NCBI RefSeq assembly: GCF_006345805.1
Contig: NC_043014.1
Span: 9,176,001 to 9,240,000, forward strand
Source of the DNA: Octopus sinensis
Taxonomy: Eukaryota
Direction: 5' to 3'
Length of the DNA: 64,000 bases
Part shown: piece by piece, positions 12,975-26,049 of the stretch
How positions within the stretch are numbered: the stretch's first letter is position 1
Layout of the letters: each line of letters starts with the position of its first letter
Made by a program: the position numbers and the translations under genes
The notes under the pieces: model-generated
Databases searched by the model: none
What the model was told of the DNA's origin: nothing
The model's input: the letters and a program-made list of their open reading frames with translations, nothing else

Positions 12975-13385
12975 TAATCGACCCGTCCCCCGAACTTGCT
13001 GTCTTTGTGCTAAAATTTCAAATTGGTTTCCGTGATAAAATTCCGCCGAGATTGACTTAGGGATTCGTTATTTTGATCTAGATAAAATAATATCTGTTGA
13101 ATACTGGGGTCGAGGTAATCGACTTACCCCCACTCCTCTGAAGTTTCTGGCCTAGTGCCAAATTTTGAAATCACTATTATACTATTTATTAAGGTGGCGA
13201 GCTGATAGAAACGTTATTACTCCGGGCAAAATGCTTATCGGCATTTTGTCCTTCACGTTCAGAGTTCATTTCATTTCATTCTTTCGGGGTCGTTTAAATA
13301 AATACCAGCTGAGCACCGGCGTCGATGTAATCGATATATCCAATGTCTCAAAATTGCTGAGTTTCTTTCAACATTTGAAACCAAT
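12975..13385 (+). mobile_element. Degenerate SINE B-related units
   Basis: aaattccgccgag..gataaaataa..ctggggtcga..taatcgac blocks and an aaggtggcgagctg head. Confidence 0.65.
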
Positions 13386-13684
13386 ACGATATTCCGAAAA
13401 TAGGAATATTAAATTTCTAAATCTCTCAGAGAGACTTATACTGTAGCAGCACGATAAAGTGATGGTATGTTGCCAACTTAATATGGCAGTCCCATGAAAG
13501 GGAAGAATGCTACTGCTATTTAGCCCTAGGAAACACTGTTTCCAGTTGGCCATGACACATTAGTTCGCATGTCGATCAAAATGTTTTCTAACGTTTCGTT
13601 CGTCTTTACGCTCTCGGCTCAAATTCTGTCGAGGTCGACTTTGCCCTTTATCCTTCTGCCAGTATCTAAAACCAATATTATATA

Positions 13685-13995
13685 ATTTCTTCGCCCTTTT
13701 CAAGCCTAACCAGGCTCATGGGCCCGGTTTCCCGGTTTGTGTGGCGTATGTGTTTCCCCCAGCTGGACAGGACGCCAGTCCATCGCAGCGTTACTCAAGA
13801 TACAGGAAGAGAGAGTGAGAGAAAGTTGGGGGGCGAAAGAGTACAACAGGGATCGCCACGACCCCTGCCGGAGCCTCGCGGAGCTTTTAGGCGTTTTCGT
13901 TCAATAAACACACACAATGCCCGGTCTAGGAATCGAAACCGCGATCTTCCGAGTGCTAGTCCGCTGCCCTAACCACTGGGCCATTGCGCCTCCAC
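13685..13995 (-). mobile_element. SINE C head H1 joined to tail W
   Basis: H1 head and middle as in family C, 3' part as in 9423-9660; 8-bp TSD attatata (13677-13684 / 13996-14003). Confidence 0.88.
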
Positions 13996-14169
13996 ATTAT
14001 ATAGTTTACAACGCTTAAATTAAAGTCTCTGTAACAAGATGCGAATCCTTGACTTGTAGGCTTTTTTCATGTATCTGTAAATAGCTGGCCATCATGCAAA
14101 CATTATTTCCACCTTAAACAACATTCAACACAAAGCGTATACCTTGAGGAGAATAAAATAGTCAAATGA

Positions 14170-15644
14170 CTATTCAATATGTCATTGGCGACGGGTGTTA
14201 TACCTGCAGACTGGAGAACAGCGATAATCTGCCCAATTTTCAAGAAAGGGAGCCGCGAAGACCCGCTTAACTACCGACCGGTTTCCTTTACATCAATAAT
14301 CAGCAAGATGTTCGAAACCATCCTTAAGAAAAGTATGATGCTCCACCTCCTAAGCACAGCCTCGATCACTGATTCCCAACACGGCTTCGTGCCGAAGAGA
14401 TCATGCTTGACCAACTTACTAGTAATGGAAGAATTGGTGACGCGCATCCTCGATGATAGTGATGCTGTTGACATCGTTTTATTGGACTTTGCCAAAGCTT
14501 TTGACTCGGTAAACCACCGCCTACTACTTGTCAAGCTTCAGCATATAGTTTCCATCGGATATTGTACGATGGGTTGGTGCCTTCCTCTCAGATCGCTCCT
14601 TCCAAGTTCAAGTTAATGGTTCGCGGTCCGACATCTCCAGTGCGAGCAGTGGCGTGCCTCAAGGTTCAGTGCTTGGGCCCTTGTTGTTCTTAGTCTTCAT
14701 AAATGACTTGCCCGACGACCTCACGCAACACACCCTTCTATTTGCCGACGATATCAAACTGGTCGCTCCTCGCGGTAGTATAGAGGATCTTCGTCGATGC
14801 CTCCACCAAATTTGGAAGTGGTCTAACGATTGGGACCTGTGTCTGAACGTGTCAAAGTGCTGTCATCTGCCTGTCGGCTCTACTCCTGCAACTCAACTTG
14901 ATTTCGAGCCGGGTCGTCTGCTGCTGGAGAGGACCGATCAGGTAAAGGACCTGGGTATCTTGGTGGATTCCTCCTTTTCGCCTTCGGCCCAGTGCGTCCA
15001 TGCTGCCAACAAAGCGCGCGGAATTCTGTTTTTGATTCGACGGTCATTCGGAGTGCTCACAGCAGCCATATTCCTGCCACTCTATGTCACGCTGGTGAGA
15101 CCCATATTGGAGTATGGGATTCAAGCCTCTTCTCCTTATCTCCTCAAAGACATACAGCACCTCGAAAGAGTCCAGAGGCTGGCTACCCGCCTGGTTCATG
15201 GTCTCAAAAATTTGTCCTACGAAGAAAGGCTGAGGACGCTCGACTTTATTCTCTTGAAAAATGCCGCCGCCGTGGTGATCTCATTCTCGCCCACAACATC
15301 ATAAGCGGGAAGTGTAACCTCTCGAAAGAGCTGTTCTTCACTCCTGCTCCGGAGCGTCGGCTGCGGGGTCATTCCGAAAAGCTCTACCTGCGACGATTTC
15401 ATCTCAATCGAAGGAGAGGAGCTTTCTCCGTCCGGGTGGCGGATCCGTGGAACAAGCTGCCAGATGAGATGGTGTGAAGATGCCGACGACCGCTTGTTCA
15501 AAGCTCCCTGGACCTCAAGTGGCCTGAACTCTTTACATGAACACCACCCTGTACTTAACTCCATGTCCCCCTACATGGCCTTGCTATTTGCTTTTGAGCC
15601 AAAACTAACTAACTAACTAACTAATAACTAACTAACTAACTAAC
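14170..15644 (+). mobile_element. 5'-truncated CR1/L2-group LINE: reverse transcriptase with frameshifts, 3' UTR and (AACT)n tail
   Basis: RT motifs NYRPVSFTS, QHGF, LDFAKAFDSV, GVPQGSVLGP, FADD, LERVQR and RRRGDLI over three frames; terminal aactaact repeats 15601-15644. Confidence 0.93.
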
Positions 15645-15715
15645 ATAATTGTCTATTGATATTTCCTAACGTTGGGCAAGCTACTGGGACAGTTTTCAGT
15701 TCTGTTGTAATATAT

Positions 15716-16125
15716 TCTTTTCTTTATTGCCCACAAGGGGCTAAACATAGAGGGGGCAACCAAGGACAGACAAACGGATAAAGTCGATTACATCGACCCC
15801 AGTGCGAAACTGGTACTTTATTTATCGACACCGAAAAGATGAAAGGAAAAGTCGACCTCGGCGGAATTTTAACTCACAACGTAATGACAGACGAAATACC
15901 TATTTCTTTACTACTCACAAGGGGCTAAACACAGAGGAGACAAACAAGGACAGACAAACGGATTAAGTCGATTATATCGACCCCAGTGCTTAACTGGTAC
16001 TTAATTTATCGACCCCGAAAGGATGAAAGGCAAAGTCGACCTCGGCGGAATTTGAACTCAGAACGTAACGGCAGCCGAAATACCACTAAGCATTTCGCCC
16101 GACCTGCTAACGATTCGACCAGTTC
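15716..16125 (-). mobile_element. SINE B dimer
   Basis: Two units joined at gacgaaatacctatttcttt (about 15891-15910). Confidence 0.9.
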
Positions 16126-16950
16126 ATAACAATAATAATAATAATAATAACAATAATAATAATTATAATAATAATAATAATAATAATAATAAAGCACATG
16201 GCACTAAATTAATATCGGCTAGCTCTGTTTCCTAAGAGGCAATGGATGCAGTTTTCCATTAAAAGCGTAAAATCGTATAAGACCTTCAATTTGAGTTTAA
16301 TAAAAGTACTTTGTTCATGCTGATGATAGAAACACAGCTCTTATTAGAAATATCAAAGAAGAACGATATGACAAATGGCTGGAAAGTGTAGGAACCATAC
16401 AGCCAATTCATTCAACGAACGAGGCTGTTATAAGTGAAGAATGATGTCTGGGGTTGTCAGATGGATTTGAATTAACACGTAAGGGAAAAGTGGTATGTTC
16501 ACGAGCCAAATTGTAGTTATGAAGAATCGTGATTACAGGATTTTATAGAATTTCTCTACAAAGAATAATTAAATAGTTTAGGCAGGCAACGATGCTAGTT
16601 ACAATTGTGCAGAAAAGTAATAGGGTGCAGCGTAAGATTCGTGCCTTTGCAATGTCATAGAATGGATATCTGGGATGGAGAAACCTGAGAAATAACAAGA
16701 CTTCACCAGAGATGTTATGAGGTTGCGTACCACTCTTGTGTACATTGTGGATTAATTAGTACCCTGCGAAAATACACAATCTACGGAGAGAATGAAATTG
16801 AGATAAGTATCGTTCACAGAATACAATATTCAAAATGCAATTTTCAATTCTATGCCATCGAGAAATATTGAATTCATGCTCTGTTGGCTCTTGCGCAGTT
16901 GCATAAATAACTTGCTACGTTTTCATTAGCACCAATATATTACAATAGAG

Positions 16951-17494
16951 AAGGCGGCGAACTGGCAGACACGTTAGCGCGCCGGGCGAAATCCTTTGCG
17001 GTATTTCGTCTGTCGTTACGTTCTGAGTTCAAATTCCGCCGAGGTCGACTTTGCTCTTCATCTTTTTGGGGTCGGATAAATAAGTACCAGTTACGCACTG
17101 GGGTCGATATAATCGACTTAATCCGTCTGTCTGTCCTTGTTTGTCCTCTCTGTGTTTAGCCCCTTGTGGGGTAGTGGGTAGTAAAGAAATAGGTATTCGT
17201 CTTTCTTACGGTTGTGAGTTTAAATTCCGCCGAGGTCGACTTTGCCTTTCATCTTTCGGGGTGATAAATAAAGTACCAGTTACGCACGGGTCGATATAAT
17301 CGACTTAATCCGTTTGTCTGTCCTTGTTTGTCCTCTCTGTGTTTAGCCCCTTGTGGGGTAGTAAAGAAATAGGTGTTTCGTCTTTCTTACGTTGTGAGTT
17401 AAAATTCCGCCGAGGTCGACTTTGCCTTTCATCCTTTCGGGGTTGATAAATAAAGTACCAGTTACGCACTGGGGTCGATATAATCGACTTAATC
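16951..17494 (+). mobile_element. SINE B trimer (one full unit plus two 5'-truncated units)
   Basis: aaggcggcgaactggcag head; junctions aaagaaataggtat(t)tcgtc near 17190 and aaagaaataggtgtttcgtc near 17370. Confidence 0.9.
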
Positions 17495-17496
17495 GG

Positions 17497-17660
17497 TGAC
17501 ACTTCCTCATTCCTCAGGTTGAGCCTCTCCTGGTCCTGCGCTGCCAGTATAGTGTTCCTGGTCTCTTTTTTTAGGGTTTCTTTCATCAGCAATTCCCACA
17601 TATTTTTTCTAGCATCTTCGGGGTTGTGTCTACATGGTGTAGGCCCTTCTTGCGTCATTT
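17497..17660 (-). pseudogene. R4/Dong-like LINE fragment
   Basis: Minus-frame MWELLMKETLKKETRNTILAAQDQ within supplied ORF 17305-17658. Confidence 0.55.
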
Positions 17661-18924
17661 TTCTTCAAATATTTTTCGTACTTTTCTTTTGTTATCCGTT
17701 TTGTCACTGGTCTCAATACTCCCTGGCTCCTAACTGTCACTAGCAATGTTTCCTTATTTTATTGACTCTGAAAGGATGAAAGGCAATGTGGGACTCGGCA
17801 GTATTTTAATTCAGACAGAAAATGACGGACGAAAAGCCGCTAAGAATTTTGCCCGTTGTGCTAACAATTCGCTCAGCTCGTCACATTAGTAAAGTATAAT
17901 AGTAACCAGTGGCCTAGAAGCTTGCCAGAATGCAGTTCTGCAAACTATTTATCTACTTTGAAGAGCCACCAGAATAGACGCAGTAGAGCTGATGTTTCTC
18001 ACGATCCATATATCGTGACCCTGCCATCAAATGGGCTTAGTAATGTTATGCTGTTGCAGCCGAACATAATCCCATGGTTCTTAGTTTGATTTGGCATTCT
18101 TCTTCTAAGGTGCTGATCTGTCGTTTACTTTCTTCTTACCATAAAAACTAAATTTGCAGTAGAGCGCAGCACAACACGAAAACAACCGATAATTACAACA
18201 GACCAAACGTTGAATATTACATGTAAATATGTTTTTCCTAATATTTAGCTACACACTCTATACATTTATCTGGTCATAGGAAAACGAAAGCGAATTTTGT
18301 TTCATTTCTCTATATCTTCATAATACTTCCCTTGCACCTTTCTTCATTTTCTTCTATATTCTGCTATGTAATCTGGCATCGCTGTTTCAGCGATCAATAA
18401 TTGATCCTTTCGTTTCAGATATGCAATCATGTAAATGTCCAACACGTTTTTGTAATATGGGTTTTCTGTATGTGTTTTAACTGTTCACATTTTCCAAAGA
18501 AGTGCATTTGTTATAGGCGTGCAATTTCTGTCAGTTTAGTATATGATATTTATCCATATATTTTTTGCATCATCTACAAACGTCGTTGTATCACGCATGT
18601 ATCATTTATAAAACGTAATCGAATTGTTCCAGAAAACTTCTGAAGAATAACAAACGTCTTTCTTTTTCGTTGTATAATGGATTGTGTCATTGTATTCATA
18701 CTACCATATAAAGTATGTATGAACCACAGAGAACAGAATGATAATGGAATCTTTGGAGGAACTGGTACCAAAATATACCTCATAGAGAGAAAGGATTTCA
18801 ATAATACATAAGACATAAATTCCTCCCTTCATACATAAACACACTCACATATGTATGTATGTGTATATATTTATATATATATATACATACATACACAAAC
18901 ACACACATATACATACTCATATAT

Positions 18925-19190
18925 GGGTACAGGACGTCACCAACTGTGTAAACAACGTAAAATACGAAAGCAAAGGAGCTAAATAGGAAAATAACGAAAG
19001 GAAATATGGAAAACAGGACAAGTAAACACAGAGAACCACCCTACACCAGTTGTCTCCTCTCTTCGCTTCTTTGCTCCACACGGACTCAACTCCCTCTCTC
19101 TCTTCATCTGACGCCCTTGTTCTTCTTTCTTCATCTGACGCATACTTACTTTCTTCACACCTACCGACCTCTCCTCTCGTCTCTCCCCCC

Positions 19191-19223
<33 letters not shown>

Positions 19224-19420
19224 GTTGAAATTTACAGAAAAGCAAAAGGCAAACGTAGATGTATTAACCAGAAGCAGGTGTATTAGTTTGGCGCTCGGGG
19301 AAGGTGAGACAGTCTTTAACGTTTCGAGCCTGAGCTCTTCAACAGAAACGGATACGAGGAAATAAACAGAGAGAGAATAAAAGCTCTTGCAGTTAGCGGT
19401 CAAGCATGGTGACTGGTTGA
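18925..19420 (-). mobile_element. Penelope-like LTR-type fragment with minimal hammerhead-like motif (copy 2)
   Basis: Minus strand ctgttgaagagctcaggctcgaaacgttaaagac at 19312-19345; flanks similar to 6966-7168. Outer limits are approximate. Confidence 0.55.
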
Positions 19421-19829
19421 ACAAAGGTTGTTAGACAGGAGAGCTAGGAGGGAAGGGGAGATAATGCAGTGCTGGTGATCCTAAAATAAAAGTGTGCGTG
19501 TGTGTGTATGTAAGAGTGTGTGTGTGTGTGTGGATATATATATATATATATATGATATGTGACAATTATTCGGTAGCCATGATAAACTCCGAGTTTCGGA
19601 TGACGGGGAGAAAACCCACACGGCATCTCTTCAGATAACGTTTATATATGCGTGGAGAGATACAGGCCGGAAGAGGGAGAGAGAGTAATTTTACGTGTCT
19701 GTTTATCAGAGAGGGAGTGAGTGAGAGAGAGAGGGAGAGAGAGAGAGAAAGAGAGAGAGCGAGAGTGAGGGAGACATATACACAGACGAGGAAGGATTAA
19801 GGAACGCAACTTGATTTCAAATAACTGCA

Positions 19830-20071
19830 GTGCATAATTAGTGCCCTGTTTTTCAATAAATCTTATTCAACATAACCAATAACAATATTTAACAAAAACA
19901 TATTCAAATGATGGCCTGACCGTCTGCCAAGCAAATGGGAAGCAGTAATTGAAGTAGATGGTGAATACGCTCCGGAATAATCATTTAAAGATGCTTTTGT
20001 TACATGTTATTATTGTATTTGTTGAATAAAATTTGCTGAGAAAGGCCGCAATAAATTATACACCAACCCAA
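19830..20071 (+). mobile_element. Internally deleted mariner element
   Basis: C-terminal RLPSKWEAVIEVDGEY; right TIR ccgcaataaattatacaccaacccaa; partial left TIR gtgcataatta. Confidence 0.7.
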
Positions 20072-20420
20072 AAGAATCATTCAAAGTTAAAACTAGATAC
20101 GATAGAATGTTTTGTTAGCTTAGCTTATATGCTACATGCTGACGATTGACTATTAAGGTTGCTAATAAAAGTAAAATCCAAAAGAGATTTATGCATTAAA
20201 TATTGAAAAAACCCAAAAGAACGCCAAATTCGTAGTCATTAAAATGGATGTAATTGGATACAAACGGCAAAGAATATTAAACTGAGGCAATGGTTTAGAT
20301 ATGAGTGAAAGAGAAAGTGAACGAGAAAGCGTGTATTAGATATGTATAATATATATATATTATATATATATATATATATATAGATATATATATATATATA
20401 TATATATATAGGTATGTATG

Positions 20421-20452
<32 letters not shown>

Positions 20453-20477
20453 ATATATACACACATATATATATATA

Positions 20478-20518
<41 letters not shown>

Positions 20519-20655
20519 TATATATATACACATATATATATATATATACACATATATATATATATATATATATAAATATATATATATACATATAAATGTA
20601 TATATATATGCACATATGCTTAATATATATATAACAAGCGTATGTATACACACGC

Positions 20656-20690
<35 letters not shown>

Positions 20691-21382
20691 TGCACATACA
20701 TATACATAAATATATTGTTATATACTTATAGAAACGCATAGAAGTATTATATGTATGCATGTGTATGTGTACTTGTGTGTATATATATATATATATACAC
20801 ATACATACTTACATACATACATACATACATACATAGATACCTACATACATACATACATACATACATACATACATACATACATACATACATACATACATAC
20901 ATACATACAATCGCATGTACATAATCCTATAAGGCTTCGTATATGTAAGCATGCGAAGAAGCTAAATACCTCTTTTGTCAAAATTCTTTCTTTTAACAAA
21001 TGTCATCGTTGTTTTAACATCTTTACTTTTCTTTCATTTTTCACTCGTTTTGTGGTTCGTATTCTTTCTTTCTTCCGAAGCAATCTTCACTTTTCCTTAT
21101 TCCTGACGTCTTTTTGAAACTCTAATTAGATTATTTAGTCTAATAGAGTGCAATTTTCGAGAAGCCTCAAACATCTTTGGAATTATAATGCTCCTTCCTA
21201 TGCATTTAAGATGGTATTAGTTTGCTACGACATGGGAAATGTATAGAATACACATAGGGTTAGACACTATTTGCTATGAAAGCACAATTCATAAGTTTAA
21301 CGGAGTAGCGAGAGCTGGGCGTGTTGGTTTAATCAGTCAGTACGTTTATCGCGAAATATAGAGTTTGTGAGTTCGATTTATA

Positions 21383-21793
21383 TCTCTTTTACTCCTTTAC
21401 TTGTTTCAGTCATTTGACTGCGGCCATGCTGGAGCACCGCCTTTAGTCGAGCAAATCGACCCCGGGACTTATTCTTTGTAAGCCCGGTACTGATTCCATC
21501 GGTCTCTTTTGCGGAACCGCTAAGTGACGGGGACGTAAACACACCAGCATCGGTTGTCAAGCAATGCTAGGGGGACAAACACACACACAAACACACACAC
21601 ATACAGACACTCACATATATATATACATATATACGACAGGCTTCTTTTCAGTTTCCGTCTACCAAATCCACTCACAAGGCATTGGTCGGCCCGGGGCTAT
21701 AGCAGAAGACACTTGCCCAAGATGCCACGCAGTGGGACTGAACCCGGAACCATGTGGTTGGTTAGCAAGCTACTTACCACACAGCCACTCCTG
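21383..21793 (-). mobile_element. SINE family A, full length
   Basis: Full reverse-complement match to the A consensus. Confidence 0.92.
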
Positions 21794-21877
21794 TGAACTA
21801 ATACGCATCATTTTCCCCGCAAGGACTCTTTAAATACTCCAAATATTAGACTGTTTAGATCTTCGTGGTTTACGCCA

Positions 21878-22195
21878 CTCTTTTACTGTCTTTTACTCTT
21901 TTACTTGTTTCAGTCATTTGACTGCAGTCATGCTGGAGCACCGCCTTTAGTCGAGCAACTCGACCCCGGGACTTATTCTTTGTAAGCCTAGTACTTACTA
22001 TACCGGTCACTCTTGCCGAACCGCTAGGTTACGGGGACGTAAACACACCAGCAATGGTTGTCAAGCGATGTTGGGGACAAACACAGACACACACACACAC
22101 ACACACATATATATACATACATACATATATATATATACGACGGGCTTCCTTCAGTTTCCGTCTACCAAATCCACTCCCAAGGCTTTGTAGGTCCG
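21878..22195 (-). mobile_element. SINE family A, 5'-truncated
   Basis: 3' two-thirds of the A consensus. Confidence 0.88.
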
Positions 22196-22392
22196 AAATT
22201 CTATATACATACATATATACATATATATACATATATATAAACATGTTTATGTACGCACACACAAGCATCTGTGCATATGCACAGACACGAGTGTTTGCAT
22301 ATGTATATATATATATATATATATATACGTATATAGATATACACCACATATACACAGCCAAACCTTCATACACACATACATGCACTTATATG

Positions 22393-22482
<90 letters not shown>

Positions 22483-22686
22483 CACATATGTACACATATA
22501 TACATATATAAATCAGAGTAACTTACTATAAACATTATTATTATGATTGAAATATAAATTATCCCCCGAAAGAGGCATCTCAGTTTTTCAAATATATGTA
22601 TGGATTTACATATTATGTATGTTTGCATGTATGATGTATGTATGTATGTGCATATGTATGATATATATTATATATATATTTATATG

Positions 22687-22720
<34 letters not shown>

Positions 22721-23447
22721 ATATATATATATATTATTATATATATATATATGCATATATTGCATATATATATATATATATATCACACACATATGCGCGC
22801 GTGCACGTATATATATGTAGAACACGTTATTTAACGAAGAATTCTGCTTTCATGCTTACACATACCCGGCGAAATTAATCGATACAAAACGGAATAAATG
22901 TAGTTCGAAATATGTCAGATTTTTCGTGTTACTGTCAGATGGGACCTAACGATATATTTCAAACTTCAAAATGCAGAGCAAGCAAATTCGTTGCAAACTC
23001 TGGATGTCCATCGTAAGCAAATATCTTTTGACAGATGGAGTAATTTTCACACAAAACTTTTATGATGCCGTGTTTGACATGGTCGCATGCAGATACATCA
23101 TCAGACACAAGGATGCACAACATGATTTTTATAAATAAATAAAAAAATGCCTTATGTGTATAAGCGAATAATATAAGAAATATCAGATAAGCAAATTTCG
23201 CTATATCATAATATGCTATAAATTTCAAAAGTTAAACGGAAAGACATGTATACATATTATATACATACACAAATACATAGTTACATGCATACATACAGAC
23301 AGAGAGACATATATACGCATGTCAATGTGTGCGTATATATTTTAATAATTACTGTTATTTTTTATACATTATATATATAAATATATAAAGCATAATATGT
23401 TATACATGTATGCATATTGTTATAAATTTTTAAAAATAAATAGACAT

Positions 23448-23883
23448 AGGCGCAGGAGTGGCTGTGTGGTAAGTAGCTTGCTAACCAACCACATTGTTCC
23501 GGGTTCAGTCCCACTGCGTGGCATCTTGGGCAAGTGTCTTCTGCTATAGCCCCGGGCCGACCAATGCCTTGTGAGTGGATTTGGTAGACAGAAACTGAAA
23601 GAAGCCTGTCGTATATATGTATATATATATTTATATAAGTGTGTGTGTATCTGTTTGTGTGTCTGTGTTTGTCCCCCTAGCATTGCTTGACAACCGATGC
23701 TGGTGTGTTTACGTCCCCGTCACTTAGCGGTTCCGCAAAAGAGACCGATAGAATAAGTACTGGGCTTACAAAGAATAAGTCCCGGGGTCGATTTGCTCGA
23801 CTAAAGGCGGTGCTCCAGCATGGCCGCAGTCAAATGACTGAAACAAGTAAAAGAGTAAAAGAGCAAGTAAAGAGTAAAGAGTA
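23448..23883 (+). mobile_element. SINE family A, full length
   Basis: Head to (gagtaaaa)n tail. Confidence 0.92.
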
Positions 23884-24429
23884 TAATATAATGCCTGAAA
23901 GTTGATGAATACCATCCCTCATCCCCACCATTTACTTATTGCTGTATAAGAATCTGTAGTTTATTATCAGGGAGAGAATTATATTGTCAATAATAATAAA
24001 GGGTAAAATTAATTAATTAGTAATTAATAATTTTACCAAGCTGTGTTCAATATGTAAAAGGACCATTTACGGTAACTCAAATCAGATGGGTATGTTCGAT
24101 TATTAGTGCTCTCAAATTTAAATTTAATGAAATCCTTGTGCTAATGACGGGAATGTTAGAATAGGGATGTATTTCTAGCATCTCTATATCTGACTAACCC
24201 AGAAACGCGTTCACAAGTAATCTAATTTTCGAGTGAACTTTCGTTATATTTCCCTCTATGCCTGCGTGAATTATTTTTGAGTATACATTGTCTGGGAGAC
24301 TCTGCTTATAGTTGAGGAAATAGCTAAATTCTTTGGCTGCTATTTCTAAAAGTTCGATATGTGGTAAAGCAATTTTCTTTGCTGAACCCTAATTATATAA
24401 AGTAATATATATATATATATATATAAATA

Positions 24430-24588
24430 TATGACAGTCTTCTTTCAGTTTCCCCCTATGATTCTCAAGGCTTTTGTTGGCCCCGACTAAAACAGAAGAC
24501 ACTTATCCAGCGAACCAAGCAGCGGGACTGAACCAGAACCATGAGTTTGGGAACCAAACGTTTCACCTAATAGCCACGGCTGCGCCTG
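24430..24588 (-). mobile_element. SINE family A, old 5' fragment
   Basis: tctttcagttt..gaagacactt..gggactgaacc..tagccac, diverged. Confidence 0.7.
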
Positions 24589-25183
24589 TTCATGATTTCT
24601 TTATAATTCTTTCGTAAATATCCGTGCAATTTGGCTGGCTTCTTACTTTGACTTAAGAATCTTTCATAAGAGAACACAGTGTGGCTTCTCTTTACTTTCA
24701 TTGTAGCTGTGTATAGATCTAGCTACATTTATTTACCATACATAAAAGTTATCCGTTTTCAAAGTTGAGTCAATAATTATTTTTCTTTTAATGCTTTTGA
24801 ATTTTTACTCGTTCAAATTGCTGTAATTTTTCGTTTGAATGTGTTTCGAAGACTTTACCTACAACTCTATAATTACGAAATGATGACATGGTCGAATATA
24901 TAAAGAATTTTTTCTCTGGTATAATTAATAAGGTTATGTAGAAAATAATTCACAAACAGACGTGCTTTCATAAATATGTTGCATTCAAATGTAATCCTTT
25001 AAACTAAAACCTGTCAAAAAACTCAATCTCACATTTACAGGCGGTCATTTACGTTACAACCATAGGCAGTTAATTTCCTGTTGATCATGCACTCGATCGA
25101 ACATCATATACGGCATGCACAGCATGGTATTTATAACGACAGTTTCGGATTTTGCTGTACCATTAATGTATTCTTTGGGTATT

Positions 25184-25770
25184 AGGCACAGGAGTGGCTG
25201 TGCGGTAAGTAGCTTGCTTACCAACCACATGGTTCCGGGTTCAGTCCCACTTCACGGCACTTTGGGCAAGTGTCTTCTACTATAGCTTCGGGCCTACCAA
25301 AGCCTTGTGAGTGGATTTGGTAGACAGAAACTGAAAGAAGCCCGTCGCATATATGTATCTGTTTGTGTGTGTGTGTTTGTGTGTGTCTGTGGTTGTCCCT
25401 CCAACATCACTTGACAACCGATACTGGTGTGTTTACGTCCACGTAACCTAGCCGGGCGAAACGATCGACCGTGTACGACCCTTGCGCCACAGCTCTCGAC
25501 GACCGGCGCGGCCGACGAGATTCGGCGTTGGCCTTCTCCCGGTTCACTCGCCGTTACTTAGGGAATCCCGGTTGGTTTCTTTTCCTCCGCTTAGCGATAT
25601 GCTTAAGTTCGGCGGGTAATCGCGTCCGAGTCGAGGGTAGCGTGGTTCGGCCAAAGAGACCGATAGAATAAGAAGTACTAGGCTTACAAAGAATAAGTCC
25701 TTGGGGTAGATTTGCTCGACTAAAGGAGGTACTCCAGCATGGCCGCAGTCAAATGATTGAAACAATTAAA
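25184..25770 (+). mobile_element. SINE family A interrupted by a 28S rRNA fragment
   Basis: The A consensus stops after cgtaacctagc and resumes at ggttcggc..gagaccgatagaa. Confidence 0.9.
25453..25637 (-). rRNA. 28S (LSU) rRNA 5'-end fragment, non-functional
   Basis: Reverse complement reads acccgccgaacttaagcatatcgctaagcggaggaaaagaaaccaaccgggattccctaagtaacggcgagtgaac, the universally conserved start of eukaryotic 28S. Confidence 0.93.
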
Positions 25771-26049
25771 GGACTATTATAGACCATAAATCAAACACTC
25801 ATGCAATCGCTATATATTTCAGATGCTTCTATCGCATATGATCTTGTTGAAGTCAATCCCGTACTGGACAGTTATAACGTTCCCGCGTCATCGTCATTAA
25901 CTCTTGTCTGAGTATAAAATCTATAGAGAGGGAGTGAGCCCCTTCATATTGATGTGTGTGGAGAGGAGCGGTCCCTGAGGTGACTGATCTTGACAAAGGC
26001 GATATAGAAGAGCCGGGGGTATTTCTCTCATGTTAGGATTTACGGGTGA

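Noticed and set aside
16320-16340. ctgatga-ta-gaaac motif
   Set aside because: No stem II, and no stem I/III pairing.
20239-22878. Many supplied ORFs rich in YI/CV/HT/YLSI (also near 1.7-2.0, 5.8-7.3, 30.7-31.1, 39.0-39.6, 40.3-41.0 and 60.7-63.7 kb)
   Set aside because: They are translations of (TA)n, (CA)n, (TACA)n and (TATC)n microsatellites, which lack stop codons.
22960-23150. Possible short terminal exon DGVIFTQNFYDAVFDMVACRY..
   Set aside because: Only ~34 codons, competing frames are equally plausible, and no homology was recognised.
24190-24211. ctgactaacccagaaacgcgt, a hammerhead-like remnant
   Set aside because: The core is mutated (G8 lost) and there is no stem I or II; at most a decayed PLE end.
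25453-25637. Functional rDNA locus
   Set aside because: Only 185 bp, embedded in a SINE, with no 18S, 5.8S or ITS.
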